A stretch of DNA of 58,457 nucleotides from Catajapyx aquilonaris (taxonomy: Eukaryota). Position numbers and translations under genes: made by a program. Below the pieces are notes generated by a model. That model made no database searches and had not been told where the DNA came from. It worked only from the letters and a program-made list of their open reading frames with translations. Positions 24,046 through 38,935 of the stretch are shown here, piece by piece; the first letter of the stretch is position 1; each line of letters begins with the position of its first letter. The stretch spans positions 124,001-182,457 of the forward strand of contig JYFJ02000112.1 in assembly GCA_000934665.2 (NCBI GenBank). The letters run 5' to 3'.

Positions 24046-24366
24046 GCAGTGTTGCCAGATTCACATTCATCTGCAAGGTCTTTTCCTGGTTGGATTTTTT
24101 TTTTCTTCAGTTCGGATATGTGGTGTCGCGAATTAATTGTGGATGCAAGTGTTCCATTTTGTGCTGAAATTATTTCATGCAAGTAATTGCAATGCTATTT
24201 GCACGCAGAATCGATCAGCTCTTAATTTCAGTATTGTTTGTTTATAAACATATACTAGTTGTAAACAAGCTGTATTTTTTAAATAAATGTGTAATTAACG
24301 GCTACAAGTGTTAAATAAACGTATTTAGAAACTAAGCAGTGTTGCCAGAGTACCCGCCGCCATTTT
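24046..24366 (-). promoter_or_regulatory. Putative RNF123 promoter region
   Basis: GCAGTGTTGCCAGA occurs at 24046-24059 and 24336-24349. A YY1/Pho-like GCCGCCATTTT lies at 24356-24366. A candidate 5' UTR donor (AAG|GTATGC, minus strand) is near 24012. Confidence 0.4.
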
Positions 24367-27300
24367 TGTTCCATCCTCCAACAGGGTACGCTGCATCGAC
24401 ATATCCCATTGGAGCCCACAATCCATCCGATTTTAAATAAATACAGGCTAAAACAAATCCCGGCTTTAATTACAACCCGTGTCCAGCCTCATTAACATGT
24501 TATGTGCTTAACGTTCACTAGTTGGTAGGCACATGTAGTCCACCCTGATTCCCCCCTCCCCCCCTCCCTCCATTCCCTCCACAGCCTCTGCCACCCTCCC
24601 TACCCCACACCTTTTCCGCGGTTGGGTGTGGACGGGTCGCGGATCCGTTTTTGGGCCCCCGAAGCTTCTCCGGTGTTGTGATGTGGAAGCAGCTCAGGAA
24701 GGGAATAGAACGACGGGAAGGTGAGTTAGACAGTGTCTGGTTTTTGGAGGGGTGCACAACAGAACAGGGTGGGTTGATATCGCTAGANCACCCTCCCTAC
24801 CCCACACCTTTTCCGCGGTTGGGTGTGGACGGGTCGCGGATCCGTTTTTGGGCCCCCGAAGCTTCTCCGGTGTTGTGATGTGGAAGCAGCTCAGGAAGGG
24901 AATAGAACGACGGGAAGGTGAGTTAGACAGTGTCTGGTTTTTTGGGGGGCACAACAGAACAGGATGGGTTGATATCGCTAAAGGAAAAGGGGGGGAGCGT
25001 CCGTCGGGCAGGTAAGCGTAAGGTGGGGTTCTGATATAGAACAAAAAGAACAAAAATGGAAGAGAGGAAGGTGGGAAGCCATGCCACTTGTTACCTCGAT
25101 GTTGACAGGAGGATAGGTTGGCATGGAAAAGGACTGTTGGCATGTCACTACTGAGTAGCAACATGTTGACATGTCACTGGCAACATGTTGGAATGTATCA
25201 GAGATAGGTTAGGTTATAGCAGGTTTATGGACACAAAAAACCATACCACAACCAACTGAACATGTAAGCCGGTGCCTGCTGGGGTGTCACTCGGGCCAAC
25301 CTATACAATCAGAGAGTAACAATCAGGACGATAAGTAGTCTAGCAGTGGGTTAGATAGCTTATACATACAAACATATGGACAAACCTTCAGATTTATATG
25401 TAGAGTGTTGAGGGCAAAAATGTAAGGCTTGTTGCAATAGGATGAGTTAGCATGACATCATAGTACGGATGACATTTTGCCCCCATTCGCATGTTGACCG
25501 TATGGGTCATCGGTGTTGTAAGCAAGTCTGATGTTTGTTGATTCAGGTCAGCTATGAATGTCTATGAATTTTAAACGTGTACATTTTATATTAAAAATGA
25601 ACACTAATCTGGTCATAAGGAGTCAATGGCCTGGAGGTCATTTGCAGGTTATCAACTGTTTGGCTCCGAGGTCATCCTATCAGTGTCTGCTTTCATGTGG
25701 GACAGTTACTGAAATTCCAGTCGGTTTTACCTGCCAAAAGTGGCTTTATTTTCTCATAATGTAGGGTCTGTGTCGACATGACCAGTAGTTACATGGTAAT
25801 TAGGCAGCCAGGAGACCTGACTGATGGGCATTGTTGATGCCATGTTTGTAAAATGTCTGTTATGAAAAGAGGGGGGGAGTTTTTGCACTAATCACATGAG
25901 AGTGGGGATAGAGCAAGACAGCGGCTTATAAACGGTCTGGGAAATAGATCAATAGAGTTGGTGAGGCATTGACAGCTCTGGAAACAACCGCCTTCCACTT
26001 TGCAGGCTGCTCCATTTAGATGAGTTGCTTTGAGGGCCATCAATGTTTCAAATGGATTTCCCTTGTTTCCACCATGGGTTGGGTGGAAAGGGGGCATTTG
26101 CAGCATGCATTTCAAACATGGGTAAATCCAGCTGGCAAGTGCGCCACCGGTTCCCACTTGTGTGCAGGCAGGCCGAATCTTGTCAAGGAAAGGGCTCAGT
26201 GTGGGTCGCATTTTGTGGAGTTGCCACAAGTGCATAACCTCGCCCACGCCAAGCTCCGGAACTTCGGTCAAGAAGCTCAGAAATTTCTGGCGAGTGAGTC
26301 ATAGAGAGCACGGACTCGAGTGTGGAAAGATCGGGTTGCACAATCCAGTGGACCATCGGAGAGTGCTGTTGTATGATGAGGCTCTGAAGGACTGGCAGCG
26401 TGCCAGTCTGCCAGATGGTGTCACCTCACAGTAGCTGGAAAACCATGGTTATAACCTGACTCGACGTGTCATCTAATTGCATCTAATGAATCACCTGGCT
26501 CCACATGAAATATTAAATTAATAAACAAACAGTTTATTTGACCATCACTAATTCTGAAAAATGCCAAAACTGTACGATTATTTGTCTGTGTTTGTTTATT
26601 ATTTGGCTTCTTATGCTGCAATATTTCATGGAGTCTGTTGGAGTCCTTTAGGCAAGCCCTTTAGGAGTGGCTGTCAATTAAGCGTGCAATATATAAACCT
26701 CCCTTAATTTTCTCCCCTTTTCTCATACTGGTGATGTGGGACGCTTGCGGGTAACCATCCAGCTGCCAACCACCCCTTTTGCAAGGGGAGGGCTTGAAAA
26801 TCAGATGTGTTTGAAATGAGAAGAACAAACTTTTGAATGGCCCCCACACTTTAGCAATATTTGAACAACAGCACAATAATAATCTGTGCCTCACAACAAA
26901 CGGAAAGTAATGAACTCTGGGGAACGTCACTCTCTTATAAAAGGTTATTTGGCCCTAGGGAATAAAGCAGGTAACTGATAATTTTCAGCAGATCGATTGC
27001 AGGGGGGGCCCTCTGCACAAAATTGGATTCATCTCTCGGGTCCTCCCCATCCACAACTTTTCAGCACGTTTATCACTGTGACACGTGCACATGCAGGACA
27101 TAGATGGGATAAATTTTCCACACCCCCTTGCAATTTACACCCTGCTGATAATTAATTGTATTATCCTGTTTATTAGAGTGTTTGTGCCGTTTGTATCTGG
27201 ATGACATGTGGAGACATATTGCTGCAAAAATTATCACACCTTTTTGAAATCCCCCTTCTAAATAGGTTTTCGGATATTCTGGACCCGCATTTGCAAGGAA

Positions 27301-27877
27301 ATAGGCTGTTTCTGGAGCTAGGGAAGATGGCGCATAGTTGATTGCCATCCTCGTCACGTGTCTTCTTCGTCGACGTGCAGAAGTAGGGAAGGAACGCGAC
27401 TCATCTCTCTTCTCTCTCCCCCCCGCCATTTCTACGGGCCTCCTTATTTTCCCCAGTTTCTTTTGAAATCTAGAGGAAATTGTGGGAAAGGCCCTAATTT
27501 GGAATTCCAGCAAGTTTCGATGCAGCAGTTGGGGGATGTGGAGCCAATTGCAGCATGGATGCCCATCCGATTTTCAATAATAATAAAGCACGCGACCAGA
27601 ATTTACTGGGGGAGAGAAGGAGATGTAATGGCCAAAATTGTTAATGAGTTTAGGAATTCCTGGCGCCTGCTTGTTAATGACTCCTCCATCCATGGGGGGG
27701 AAGCCTATATGTCAAAAACATCCTGATTATGATGGGTCATAATTGTATTACGGGGCTAGTGGCAGAGGATATATGACAATTGTCAACAGTTTACTATAGT
27801 GAACCCGTTGCAAAAAATAGGCAAAACCGATAATAATCAATATGACAGTGACAATTAAACAACTTTAATGAGATCAT

Positions 27878-28004
27878 GTAGTACTATTCTTCACTCATAG
27901 ATCGTGCATTCTCCCTCTGCACACACCTGTCACTCTCAGGTCGTGCGAGAGATGGCAACACTATCAGGTCAGACAAACATCCGACGGAGAGAATAAGCCT
28001 ATTA
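27878..28004 (+). repeat. Dispersed MITE-like repeat of about 127 bp, copy A
   Basis: Aligns end to end with the reverse complement of 38936-39065, e.g. CCCTCTGCACAC.CCTG.CAC.CTCAGGTCGT.CGAGAGAT and ACTATCAGGTC.GACAAACATC.GACGGAGAGAATA. Confidence 0.8.
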
Positions 28005-31000
28005 CGTGACGAATTTAGCTGCGGCGCCAGGCGTTTTAATTAGAGTACCATGGGGGATGACCTGCTGGCTCCATATTATTATGACCACGCATGTTTTTGG
28101 GTTATCAGCTAACTAATCTTCCCTGGCATGCACTGCTGGACCACAGAGGGTTTAAGAATTGGGGTCACAGCCAGTCCCCTTATACATTGAGGTCGATTCG
28201 AATTGACAGGATGGGCTCAGTTAGGACACTGCTTTTTTGGGGCTGACATCAGTGGAAAATTTGGGTGTGGTGTATGAATCCGGAGGACTGCGGGGGTGGG
28301 TTCCAATGACGTCATCTCATGGTGGGTTTTTTTCGGGAGAGGGGGGGGCGCCACTGTGTCTGGGTTTCTGAGGGGTGCCTGCCTATTGCAGTTCTTGTCC
28401 AGCTGGCGACTTGGAAAGGGGGGACTTGCTTGTCTCTCTGGAGGTTTTGGGGGGTGTTGGGTTTCGTGGGGGGGACATCTATTTTTTTTTTGGTCAGTGG
28501 ATCGATCAATGTGAAAATGGTGGAACAGGGGCCAAGGGTCGGTAGTGTTTGTGTCCGGGAGTGAGTGTACAGACACACACACAAGTGTGGGAGCAGCTTG
28601 TGCCAAGGTGAGATGTGTCCCGATTTTTTGGGGCGCGAAAAAGCGGGATGGAAATCGATAGTACCGCATTTTATAGTCTTATGAATGGATATACACCCTT
28701 CAGGAGGGGTCTACAAATTGATCAATATTCTGCATGCGGCCTAATTTAACAATAATTTAAAAAAGAACAATCTATGAGTACACCTATACGACACTTGATT
28801 TTCACAAGGGTTCATTGGCATGGAAGAAAAATGAAAGGGGAAAAAATTGGCTGGCCTCTAACACCATTGGGTGCCCCCCATAATTTTAACCAAGCAGCAC
28901 GGAACAGATGCTGCCAACGTCTTTTTAGGCGGACATATATTAATAAAATAGCAGGTGCTGGTTGTCACTGTGCGACCCCCTGGTGATTTATGCCCAAAAA
29001 CATGTCATAGATTTTTTGCCTAATTGATGACCTCTCCTCCCATACTCCCCTCCCCCGAACATTTTAGAACCGACAGTTATTGCCAATACCTTTTTAGGTG
29101 ATGATGTATACCGTAGGGCGCAGCACCTTAAAAGCGGTGTGCCCGCAGATTAATTTACACCATTAAAATTAAAACGGGGAGAGTCAGACGCGTTGCTGAT
29201 TAATATCAAACGAAGGACCGGTTGCAGCCAATACCAGCGGAATTAATTTGGGGGCTTCAGGCAATTAGCCTGCCATTGACTATCCAATTGTAGTTGATCA
29301 GAGGCCACTTGGGGCCAATGGAGCGACAGTTTTTTTCCTTGGGTGTGTACGTGTAATGAAAAGGAAGGCCATAAGATGCGATGTCAGGCACATGGGATGT
29401 GCGTATGTGTAAGCAATGAAGGGGGGTTGCTTGTCAATTGTGCAAGCAAAAAGACCGTTGATGCCAGATTGGTCGTGTGGATTTTTGCTGTATCTAAATG
29501 GGGGCTTAACGTGTGAAGAACCCATTTTCAAGGTAGACCGGGGTTGGATGGATTTTTCCGGTGTCGTGAGCATAAATTTTTTGAGATCCGGGACTGTGAA
29601 ACGAGTTATCGTTAAAGTTTCATGGGGAGAACAGGATTATACGATTCAATTGGAGTTTGAGGGGTCTGGGGATAACTGAATTATGCTGGTAATGAGAGCT
29701 GATTTTTTAATAAAATGCAGCTAAACCTACTTCATATCTGGGTGCAGGATCGGCTGGGAGAAGAGGAGAGATACTGTAATTTCAGGAGTTTTGCTCTGTA
29801 ATGTGTCCACGGGGATAACTTTTTCAAAATTTCAGCCCTGCGGGTTAGTTAGCAGGCGTTATTATAGTTTGCCCGAAATGACACTACCGTAATTATGATA
29901 ACGGTTGTGACCTTTTGCCCCAGTTATGTTCGCAAATGAAGTATAATACCACAAACTCATTTCAAATCTTTTGATGCAATTTAATAACCAGCCCCGTGCG
30001 TTTATGTTATTACATCCCTACCACTTCGCTGTCCGCGGTATGCAGATTTATATGTACACAATGTGCATTTGGATGGCTCCCAAAGGTTAACTCAATGAAG
30101 CTCCAAGTATTCATATAATCAATGCGGCTATCCGTTTATTAAATGCATTCCCTTCCTGACAGAGCAGGAGAGCAGGGAAGTAAATACTCTTATTCGCTTA
30201 TACCCTTGTCTAGTGAAGGTCGATATTTTTCTTCGATTGTTCATGACTAACTTATGAATTGCGCTGCCATTGGTAGGCAGTGTAGTTACCCTTCGGATAA
30301 GCAAAAAAGTCTTGTGTATGGGGAGCAAGCTAGAAATAACACTGCAGCATCTGTCCATTAGCATTAGTTTTGCTGTGATTGGACGGTTTTATAGATGGCG
30401 TCTACGACACAAAATTGGTCAGAGATGACGCCATGTGTTATCAACTGGCACTGATCCTGGAATAGCTGATTTTTTAAATTGACAATTGTTTCCATGTAAG
30501 GCATGCGCGAAATATTTACGACTAATAGAGCACATAATTGAATATTTTTCTCCTTAATTTGTATTCATACAACTGGCCATATGTTCGTAACGTCCCACCA
30601 TAATTTGCGGTTGCTACTCCTATTCATCACTGACCAAGTCACTGCCTATCTCGTAATTTATAAGGAAAAACCGCGATATCTATATGCATGATCTAGGGAA
30701 TAAAAATAGCTGCTGCCAAAGTCAAGTCCCCAGAATAGAGAGTGCGTGTGAGCAAAAGGGGAAACCAAGTGCCCTCCAGACAACGACGACAACAATTCAT
30801 GGTCACAACACCGTGCTTCCGGTAAATATTGTCCTCCCTTCCTCCCTCCCCTGCAGGTTTTCACGCAGGAGGAAGCCAAGGGAAAAAGACAGACCCCCTC
30901 GGAATGACTTCCCCTTGGAAACATCATCATCGTGCCAGGGTGTACTGACCTAATGGGTGCCATTAGGCAGTGCTTACCTGAGCAGGGTTGGTTGGGGGAG

Positions 31001-34000
31001 AGAAAATGTTGGTTGAGAGGGCGGGCCCTCCCTTGCTGCAGGGTAAAACAAGCAATGTGACCTTTGTTGTTAGGGAGACGAGGGTGGAGTTGTCGCGATG
31101 CCAACATGTCAAATTGGTGAATGAAAACTAGGCCGGGTTGTGTGGTGCGAGATGGGAATTAAATTGGAGCAGACCCGCCTCCGTTGCACACATTTTCAGG
31201 AGCGATATGTACTGTTCCGGGGTGCTGGAGAATTAAATCGAGAAATATTTTTCACGCTGCAATGGTCATGTAGGTCATCTCGTATAAGTGAGGCGTTTCA
31301 ACCCCCCAAATGGAATTGTCTGGTTTTGTGGTGCAATACCTGAATTATTCATCTCCTGTGGTTAATTGATGGGTGATGCGGTGTTTTCAGCTGTGGTGTC
31401 ATGTTGCAGTTAGATGCATGACTAAAAATAATGGTTGCGTTGCATAAGAGGCTTACTCTTATGCTAGTAGTTGCTTAATCCAATCAGCATAAGGATATGA
31501 TGTAAAAGGGCGACGTGTCCACGCACGTTTTAGACGCGTTATGTAGGATGTGTTCATCGTTGGGTAGTTGCCTGCTCTGATTTTTTATGTGACGACGTGA
31601 AGTTATAGCATGTGCCTTCGTGCTTTTACTATCGATTGCCAGACCAGGACGGCATGCAATTTTTTGTAATGTCAACAGCAATTTCCTGTCTGATTTTGAA
31701 TCCAAGCAGTACTTTCAACTGTGCAGCACGTTGCATTCAATGTCTAAAACTGAGAGGTCAAAGTCCTGTAGCCCCATACAGGCATGTGTAATGTAAGTTA
31801 CTGTGACAATGCGCGGGTCGTTAAATTCAATGAATGGTGAGAAAAGGAAGGGAAAAAAGGGCTGTTATCGCACATGCAAAAAGTAAAGCTTTAACGAGGC
31901 AGCCTCAAAACCACATTTTATGGGGAAACTAATAGCTCTGGCAGTCTATTTAAAGAAATGGGCAATGAGGGAGTAGTTTTGAAGTTGTTTTTTTTCACCG
32001 CGTTAATTATAACTCTGACCTCTTTGGCTTTTTTCACTCCCCCTGTGGCTTGCCATTGTGATTTGCCAACCAATATCCCGTATGCCCCGTAGCGATAACG
32101 GCAGCCCTGGTTTTTTCCATCCGAGGTATGGGAACTTATATGATGCACTTGACAATATTAGCATAGTAGGAAGCCATGTTGAATATAGGGGAATCCCCTT
32201 CCCCCTCTTTTGCCGGTAATCCTATAATGAAGGTTCGGTTATTCTGTCATTTGCCACTTGTTCGAGGGAAGGTTCGTCAAAGACTTCCCTCCCCGGACAG
32301 GTCGTATTCCGGGGAAACCTATGAATCTGAAAGCACCGGTTAATTATGAATTTCATTAACGTGAGGATTGTTACCAGGAGGCAAAAAGGGGAGATCAGAC
32401 GAACATCTAAGGATAGGAGAGGTTAATTAGTCAGGGCGTTTCAACTTCTTGTTACAGGGATGGAGCATGGAGATTAATCCGGAGGGGTCTTCCGGTGCAA
32501 AGTGGTCATTTAGGGGGACATTTTTGCGGGTCTCCGGAGTGGATTGAACGCTGGTGTTGAACTTACTAGGGAGGGAAAGTGCTTAGTTCTGGATGTCGTA
32601 ACCTGAACAGGCAGGTATTAAGCTGGTTGTCATTAGGGAAGGGAATGGCTCCGGTGATACTTTGTAGCTGGGGCCTGAAGTATAGGGAAGTTTGGCTCGA
32701 ATTAGTGTGAACAAGGCGTCATTCACACAGCATGGGCTGAATTTATAGGCCTCCAGGATGTTGATTGGCTTAGCTGCATTCCAGCTGGTCCTCATGTTGT
32801 TACATGACAAGAACTTCTCAAATCCTGTTAGTCGCATTCAATTTCAATCAACCAGCCGTACAAGGATGAATGTGGTTACCTTGCAAGAAACAGCCTTACA
32901 TCTGGAACATTAAAAAAAATCTTTTTGAGACTACAGCATCATGCCAGTAGCATTATTCATTATGACGGTGCATGTTAATGTCGTGGTTGACCTCGAAATG
33001 ATAATTTGCAGTCCCAAGAGAAGAGCCTGCAGGTCATGTACTAATCGGATAATACATTGGAGTAAGAGCTGCATAAACTTGTAACTAGATGGGCGTTACT
33101 TTTGTGTACTATACCTGGCAAATGCTTTAAGCGTGAGTAATAGCACCATTGTTCCCTGCGCTTTTGATACTCCTCAGGGTTACTCACAATATGCATTACA
33201 GTGATTACACTAACCGAGCAAGTTTTTTTTTCTGGGCCGTTGCTTCTGGCGATTAATCAAAATACACCCGCATTATGGCTCCCAAAGTGAACATTACATA
33301 CAGGAAGTGTAAACAGGAGTTTAGTTGAAGGAGGGCGATTTGATCATGGCCAAGGTTATATGAATTCTGACGGCCTTGGCAAGTGCCGGCGGAATATTTT
33401 TGGTGCCCTTGTTGTGCCAAGTTTTGCGGGTACCGTATACACACAGACGGGTTACGTAAGCTGGGTTCATTCCAGGGTAAATTCGGAGACGCACATTATT
33501 TTGGGACCCTTTCGGGAACAGGTTTTTCGGTCGCGCTTGTTTTCAGTCAACGGGAACAATCCCCTGGAGCTTCGGATATCATTAGGGTTCCGGTTGGCCG
33601 ATCAAAACCGTTTTAGATCTGTTATTTAGGCACGTTTGAAGTGGGTTGCATTTGTGACCTACATTTCAATTGTTAGGCCAGGTGCAAATTATTCACTGCG
33701 CAATGACATCTGCAAAAAAGTTCTGCGGGTTTCCAGCAGTACAGCTCATAGACCAATTATTTTGATTTAATCCAACTATAGTGGGAAATAGAGGTAGATT
33801 AGATCCCCGGCCGGGGCCACTTTCATACGACTGCCCCTCTCCAGAAGTGCGTACCTTAAGCGGAACAATCGCATCGGAACGACCGAATCATGTAAAAACC
33901 CTCCCGAACTTATGAAATGCACCCTCCATTCATGCGGGACCTCTCTCGAGAATTTTTTTTTCTTCTCCCTGGGCTGACCCGAAATACTTATGTCGATTGC

Positions 34001-37000
34001 AGCTTTTTCCACCACTTTTATGGGCTCCACAAGCACCAATCCGGAGGAGCTTTTCCGGGCGTTTAGGCTTAGCATTTACTCAAGTGCTGAGGTGTCCCAT
34101 AATAGTGCTGCTTGGAAATTCAAACCACTTTTTTCTTTTGGTTCCACTTCCTTTTCGTCACTTTCTTGATATGGGCTGCCATGCCAATTTGACGGCGTCT
34201 CTCGAATGAAAGGGTCTGGCTGGCTCCACCCCCTCCAGCAGCCAGAGTTAACTTTGTCAACGCGATGCAGCAGCAACCCCCAGTGGCAATTGGCTTCATT
34301 GTCAAGGCTGTCCTAGAGGAAGATGAAGTGGGATGAGGAGGCGCAAATGACGACTGGGAGTATCCACTGGGGGTTGGCCTGGGAGGATGAGACTGTATGA
34401 GATGCGTTGGGTTCATTTTGGGTGGCCCTATATCTAGCAGTGGTTTATGAGGGCTTGGGAGGGTCGCAAATTAAGCAGGTGGCGTACTCGGGAGGACGGG
34501 GATTAAAGGCAGGGTGTGCAGAATTACCTAAGTCGGTGGGAAATCTGGGGGTACCGAGCCGTTGCACAAAGTTGTGCAGGTAGGGATGGGGATTTGTATA
34601 GTTATGTGATATAATGTGAAACTTGTGGTGTTGTGTTCTGTTGCTCGTACCATCTAGTGAAAGGGCTGCTTTCGTGGAAAGTGAAAATAATAGCGCCGGT
34701 GGTGTTGCTTAGGGGGATTCGGAGAGTTAGATATGTGCGGACTGGAGGTAGATAATGTGTGTAGAAATAAGATTACCGTATTGTTTCGAGGATGCGTATC
34801 TACATAGAGGCGGCCAAGTTCTATGTATATGCTGCGTGCTTTCCGAGGATCATAACTTTTGTCTTTGTTTTGCACTATAGGAAAAGTATTGTGGGGGAGA
34901 AGTGTGTGCATTGTGTCGCAATGCCATACAATATGGGTTTCTGAAGTTCTCTGAAGGTATGCCTCCACGTCATCTGCACTTACGCGTCTCCTGATTACTT
35001 GGCGACTAAGATAGATCTGGGATGACATAATTGAGATAGCAAGATATATCGAACAAGAGCTAGTTCTTCGTAAAGTCCACCTGACGTGCATAAGGAGGGG
35101 ATAATTTCAGAATGAGATTTGGGAATTCCTTACTAAGAAATTATTGTACGACGACGAAGACATGATGAATGTAAGCCATGTTAGTCATCTGGATCTTAAT
35201 CGGACGAGGAATTTAATCTGAAGAGGAACACGTATTCAGATGATAATCTAGATACGACTACACAGTCAGTGGCTCAGTGGTAGACATAGATAGTCAACCT
35301 ACTACTAGTAGTGGATTGAGCATTTTTGTGCATGTTACCAGGGCATGGTCTAGGTGAGAATCCACGTAAGCAGCAACTATTAAGAAATGTGTATTTATTT
35401 TTACGAAACAGGGTGTCAAATGGAAATGTCCCTAGTGCTGTGGTTAGACGTTATCGATTTTTTATATTAAGCTGCTTCTTTAAGGAGTTACTTTTGTTAA
35501 TTACTGTTAGTGGTTATCGAAAGTATTACCTGGTAATATTATACCTAATTGAACCATCTCTTCCAGCGGTGCTAAGTCAGGCATTTATACTGTAGCTACA
35601 CCTCGCAAAACTTAATTACAGATATTAAAGGTCGCACAGATGCAGGATTTAAGCAAACCTACTCTATGATCACTTGATTAGCTAGCTCCAAGTATAAGTA
35701 GGCCTACTTAAAACTAAACAACAACTGTAACGCAAGTGTAGAGGCAGCAGAGCAGAGGATTATGCGTTGCTCTCCCTTATTAAGGGCTCCTGAGTAAACC
35801 AAGGTAACGTAAGAGCGTAACTCATTTTCGATGATAATCAGGGAGTTGAGTCTCAGCCTTAATTGTTTTAATTATCGGGCGGCGCAAGTCGGGCTGTTGT
35901 TTGCTCCGCGACCTATACTGCAGTACACAATGTCCAGTTGTGGATGCTACGTTTCAACTTTATATAAGAAGGGCAACGAACCCCTCTTTTACAGATCGAT
36001 AATCTGTTTTGTTCGGAGTCGTCTCCTGCTGGATTCGTGGCGAGGATTTTGAGATACCCCGACCATGACATCATGCGACTTCTAAAGGGTGGGGATTGGG
36101 GTATAGAAATGACCCGCCCACCTGTCGTGTGCGATGCCTCCGAGTCATGTTTCCTCTGCAGAAATGGGCGAGATATGTTTGCCATACCGTCCAACTCACC
36201 CCAACTGAAATTGGGTGCCATAAGAGTGAACGAAATTCCTCGTATATATCGGCAGAGGGCTGTAAAATTAATGTCTGTGGATCCATAAATGGGGTTGAGA
36301 GACTATAAGTGCGAAGACAGGGTGTTGTAAAACTCTCCTCTCAGGTTTATAAGCTGATTATTACAGTCTAATGACATTCAGCAAGGCCTGCCACACTTTG
36401 CATCTTACTTTGGCGCGGTGTCCTAAAATGATAAGTTAGAAGACTAATTTGCAGGGGAGGATTGTGGCTGGAAAAATGAAGTTCTGCATCACCTTGTACT
36501 GTTTCATTATCCCATCGTGGGTGCAATTATTGTGGGTTGAGTGTGTATGGGATGGGTCGTATGTCACATGCCTTTTATTCGAAGCGCGTATCGGAACCCT
36601 TTATGCGAAAATATTGCTGTGGGGGAGCGGTTTATTAATATTTGCAGGAAACGACTGCACACAGAGGAAGGTCATACTCGTTAATTACGGAACAAAACAC
36701 AGCAATGTCATAAAGGGAAGTAGCGGTGTAAATTTTTTGGAGGGGTGATTTTCATATCTATATAGCTAGCAACCCTTTTTGGGACAATCCCTGTTGAGAT
36801 TATTGGCGAATAAATTGGGAGTCCCCTGGAGGTGTGTTGGCTTGACAATCAGTGCGGGGGAAAAAACCTCTTTACCTCGTATTTCATGTGATGGATTGCG
36901 TCGTTATCCGTCGCAGCGCATTTGGCATAATGACGAAGGAAATGGAGCTGGAAAAAAAAAAGAATCACATCTGTCGTTTGCATGAAAAGAGACGCTGTGC

Positions 37001-38254
37001 AGCGGAAATTAAGGAAATGAACTAGTGGAAGGCCGGTGACTGTGCTTAGAAGACCATTATCGTTTCGTGTGCATTGTGCTATGCGAATTGAGCGATTACC
37101 CTCCTTTTGTTCTGGTTGTTTCCGGATATTTTGAACTTGGGCCTCAAAAAGGGATTGCTGGAATGTTTTTGTGGGATGAGGGATGAAATTTGCTATCATT
37201 GTCACGTGCGACAGGACTCTAATAAGTTTCAGGCTCATTACGTCCGAGTACTGTAACAGGGAATGACCACTGATGTGTAGTGCAGGATGGGTGCATTCCG
37301 TGAGAAAGAATATGTGCACGTACACATTATACTTCTGGAAATGTGGATGGATTTGACCCTGTCAGGAATGTGAACCGTTACTGTAGCTGTAGTTCATCTA
37401 AGAGGTGGTATGATAATGCCTTCAACTTTGGTGAAATATTGAAACAAGGTGATTTTAAAGCACTGTGGAATTGCAGCTCACCAGAGAATCAGCGTTCGTG
37501 TAAAAATAAACATGTACGAACGTATGTAGCAGTTATTTTTGTGTTGTCAGAACTTGAGTGCTCGTGCACATCGTAACTTCTTGTGAAATACATAGGTTAT
37601 TGTTAGTTTGCTTATGGCCCTCGTCGTGTAGTAAACCTGGACCCGTTCATATCGTGTTACAGATAATTATATCCTCGACTGACGCCTAATGGCAACCTTG
37701 ACAGCCCTTGAAAATAGCAATGCATCATACTGTCATCTACAAGAATTTATTACCCAGTGTCACTTGACATGAGAAACTGCGAAAATCTTTATGTTCAGAA
37801 GACTGATCAGATGGCTGATTGAGCTCCATGGTACCGTAGTTTCCAAGCCAGCAAACTAGGCAGCCTTGGCGCTGTTGCCAAGTGGAACAAGACAATACAC
37901 ATGATTGCACGCACGATACACTTTCGTCTGCATTGTTATGGCGACTTGTATACAACCCCGCAGCTAATACAGACGTCAGATGAAGCTGCGCCGTATCTGT
38001 CCTGGCAATTGACCTAAAAGGGCTGTTTATGGCAACCTTGAAGCATACGGAGCAAAATGGGACGGTGGAAGTCTGCAGAAATCCGGAGAGAGTGGGCTTG
38101 ATTTCCCTCCGGGGCTTGGCAGACCTTTTGAGAAGAGAAGCGGTGCCTGGGGAAACTTGGAAGCATGATATTCAAAGCAGAAGTTGCGGATTCTGCCACC
38201 GAAAAGTTGGCCCGACCCAGTTTGCACAATGAAGTTGGCCCAGAATAAATGAGC

Positions 38255-38284
38255 GAGAGAGAGAGAGAGAGTGAGAGAGAGAGA
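38255..38284. repeat. (GA)n microsatellite, imperfect
   Basis: GAGAGAGAGAGAGAGAGTGAGAGAGAGAGA read directly. Confidence 0.85.
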
Positions 38285-38935
38285 ATTTTGGCGTTATTTG
38301 TCATACACAGTTGGCGTCCGTGGAGGTGTGAGCTTACATGTAATCGGCTCCAAGCGGTTAGGGATTGATGACCTGTGCTTAATGCATCTATGCAATCCGG
38401 GGCATGAATAGTTCATCAGGAGGAATCCACAATTCGGGCTTCCCCGATCCGTTTAGATAATGGCGACCCAACACTGCCAGACTCAAATCCCCGGTGGTCA
38501 GGTTTCCATTTATGCTTTTCTCTTGTTGCTCAGCGTTTGGATCAAAAATGAGCAAAAACGTGGTGCTCTCCCTCTCTCGCCCAAGCTTTTTCCTAATTTT
38601 GTGTCCCCAGCATCCCCAGGCTCGTACATCGGAGACTCGTTACCATTTCTCGGTTCATTACGAATGATGGTTTTGGGAAGAGGGTGGCGCGCTTCGTGTG
38701 ATGAATGGATATCGACTAGGAAGGGAAACAATTCGAGACAATGTAGCTGCGGTTTTCCGCTGCCGGGACATTGATAAGTTTATCGAGACCACAATTTGGG
38801 CTGCTGTGGAGGGTGTTGGCCTGGAAAAGATTGGAAGTGGGGGAGAAATGACATTTCACTAACTGGCTTTAACCGTTTTACAGTCTCTATAGGGCGAAAT
38901 TTGCAACCTTTGTCGCCTCAGAAGAATCTTTCTAC

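Noticed and set aside
24592..24980. Near-identical tandem duplication of about 193 bp (24592-24785 and 24789-24980)
   Set aside because: The copies are separated by a single N at 24788 and differ by only a few bases, which is typical of an unmerged contig or haplotype overlap.
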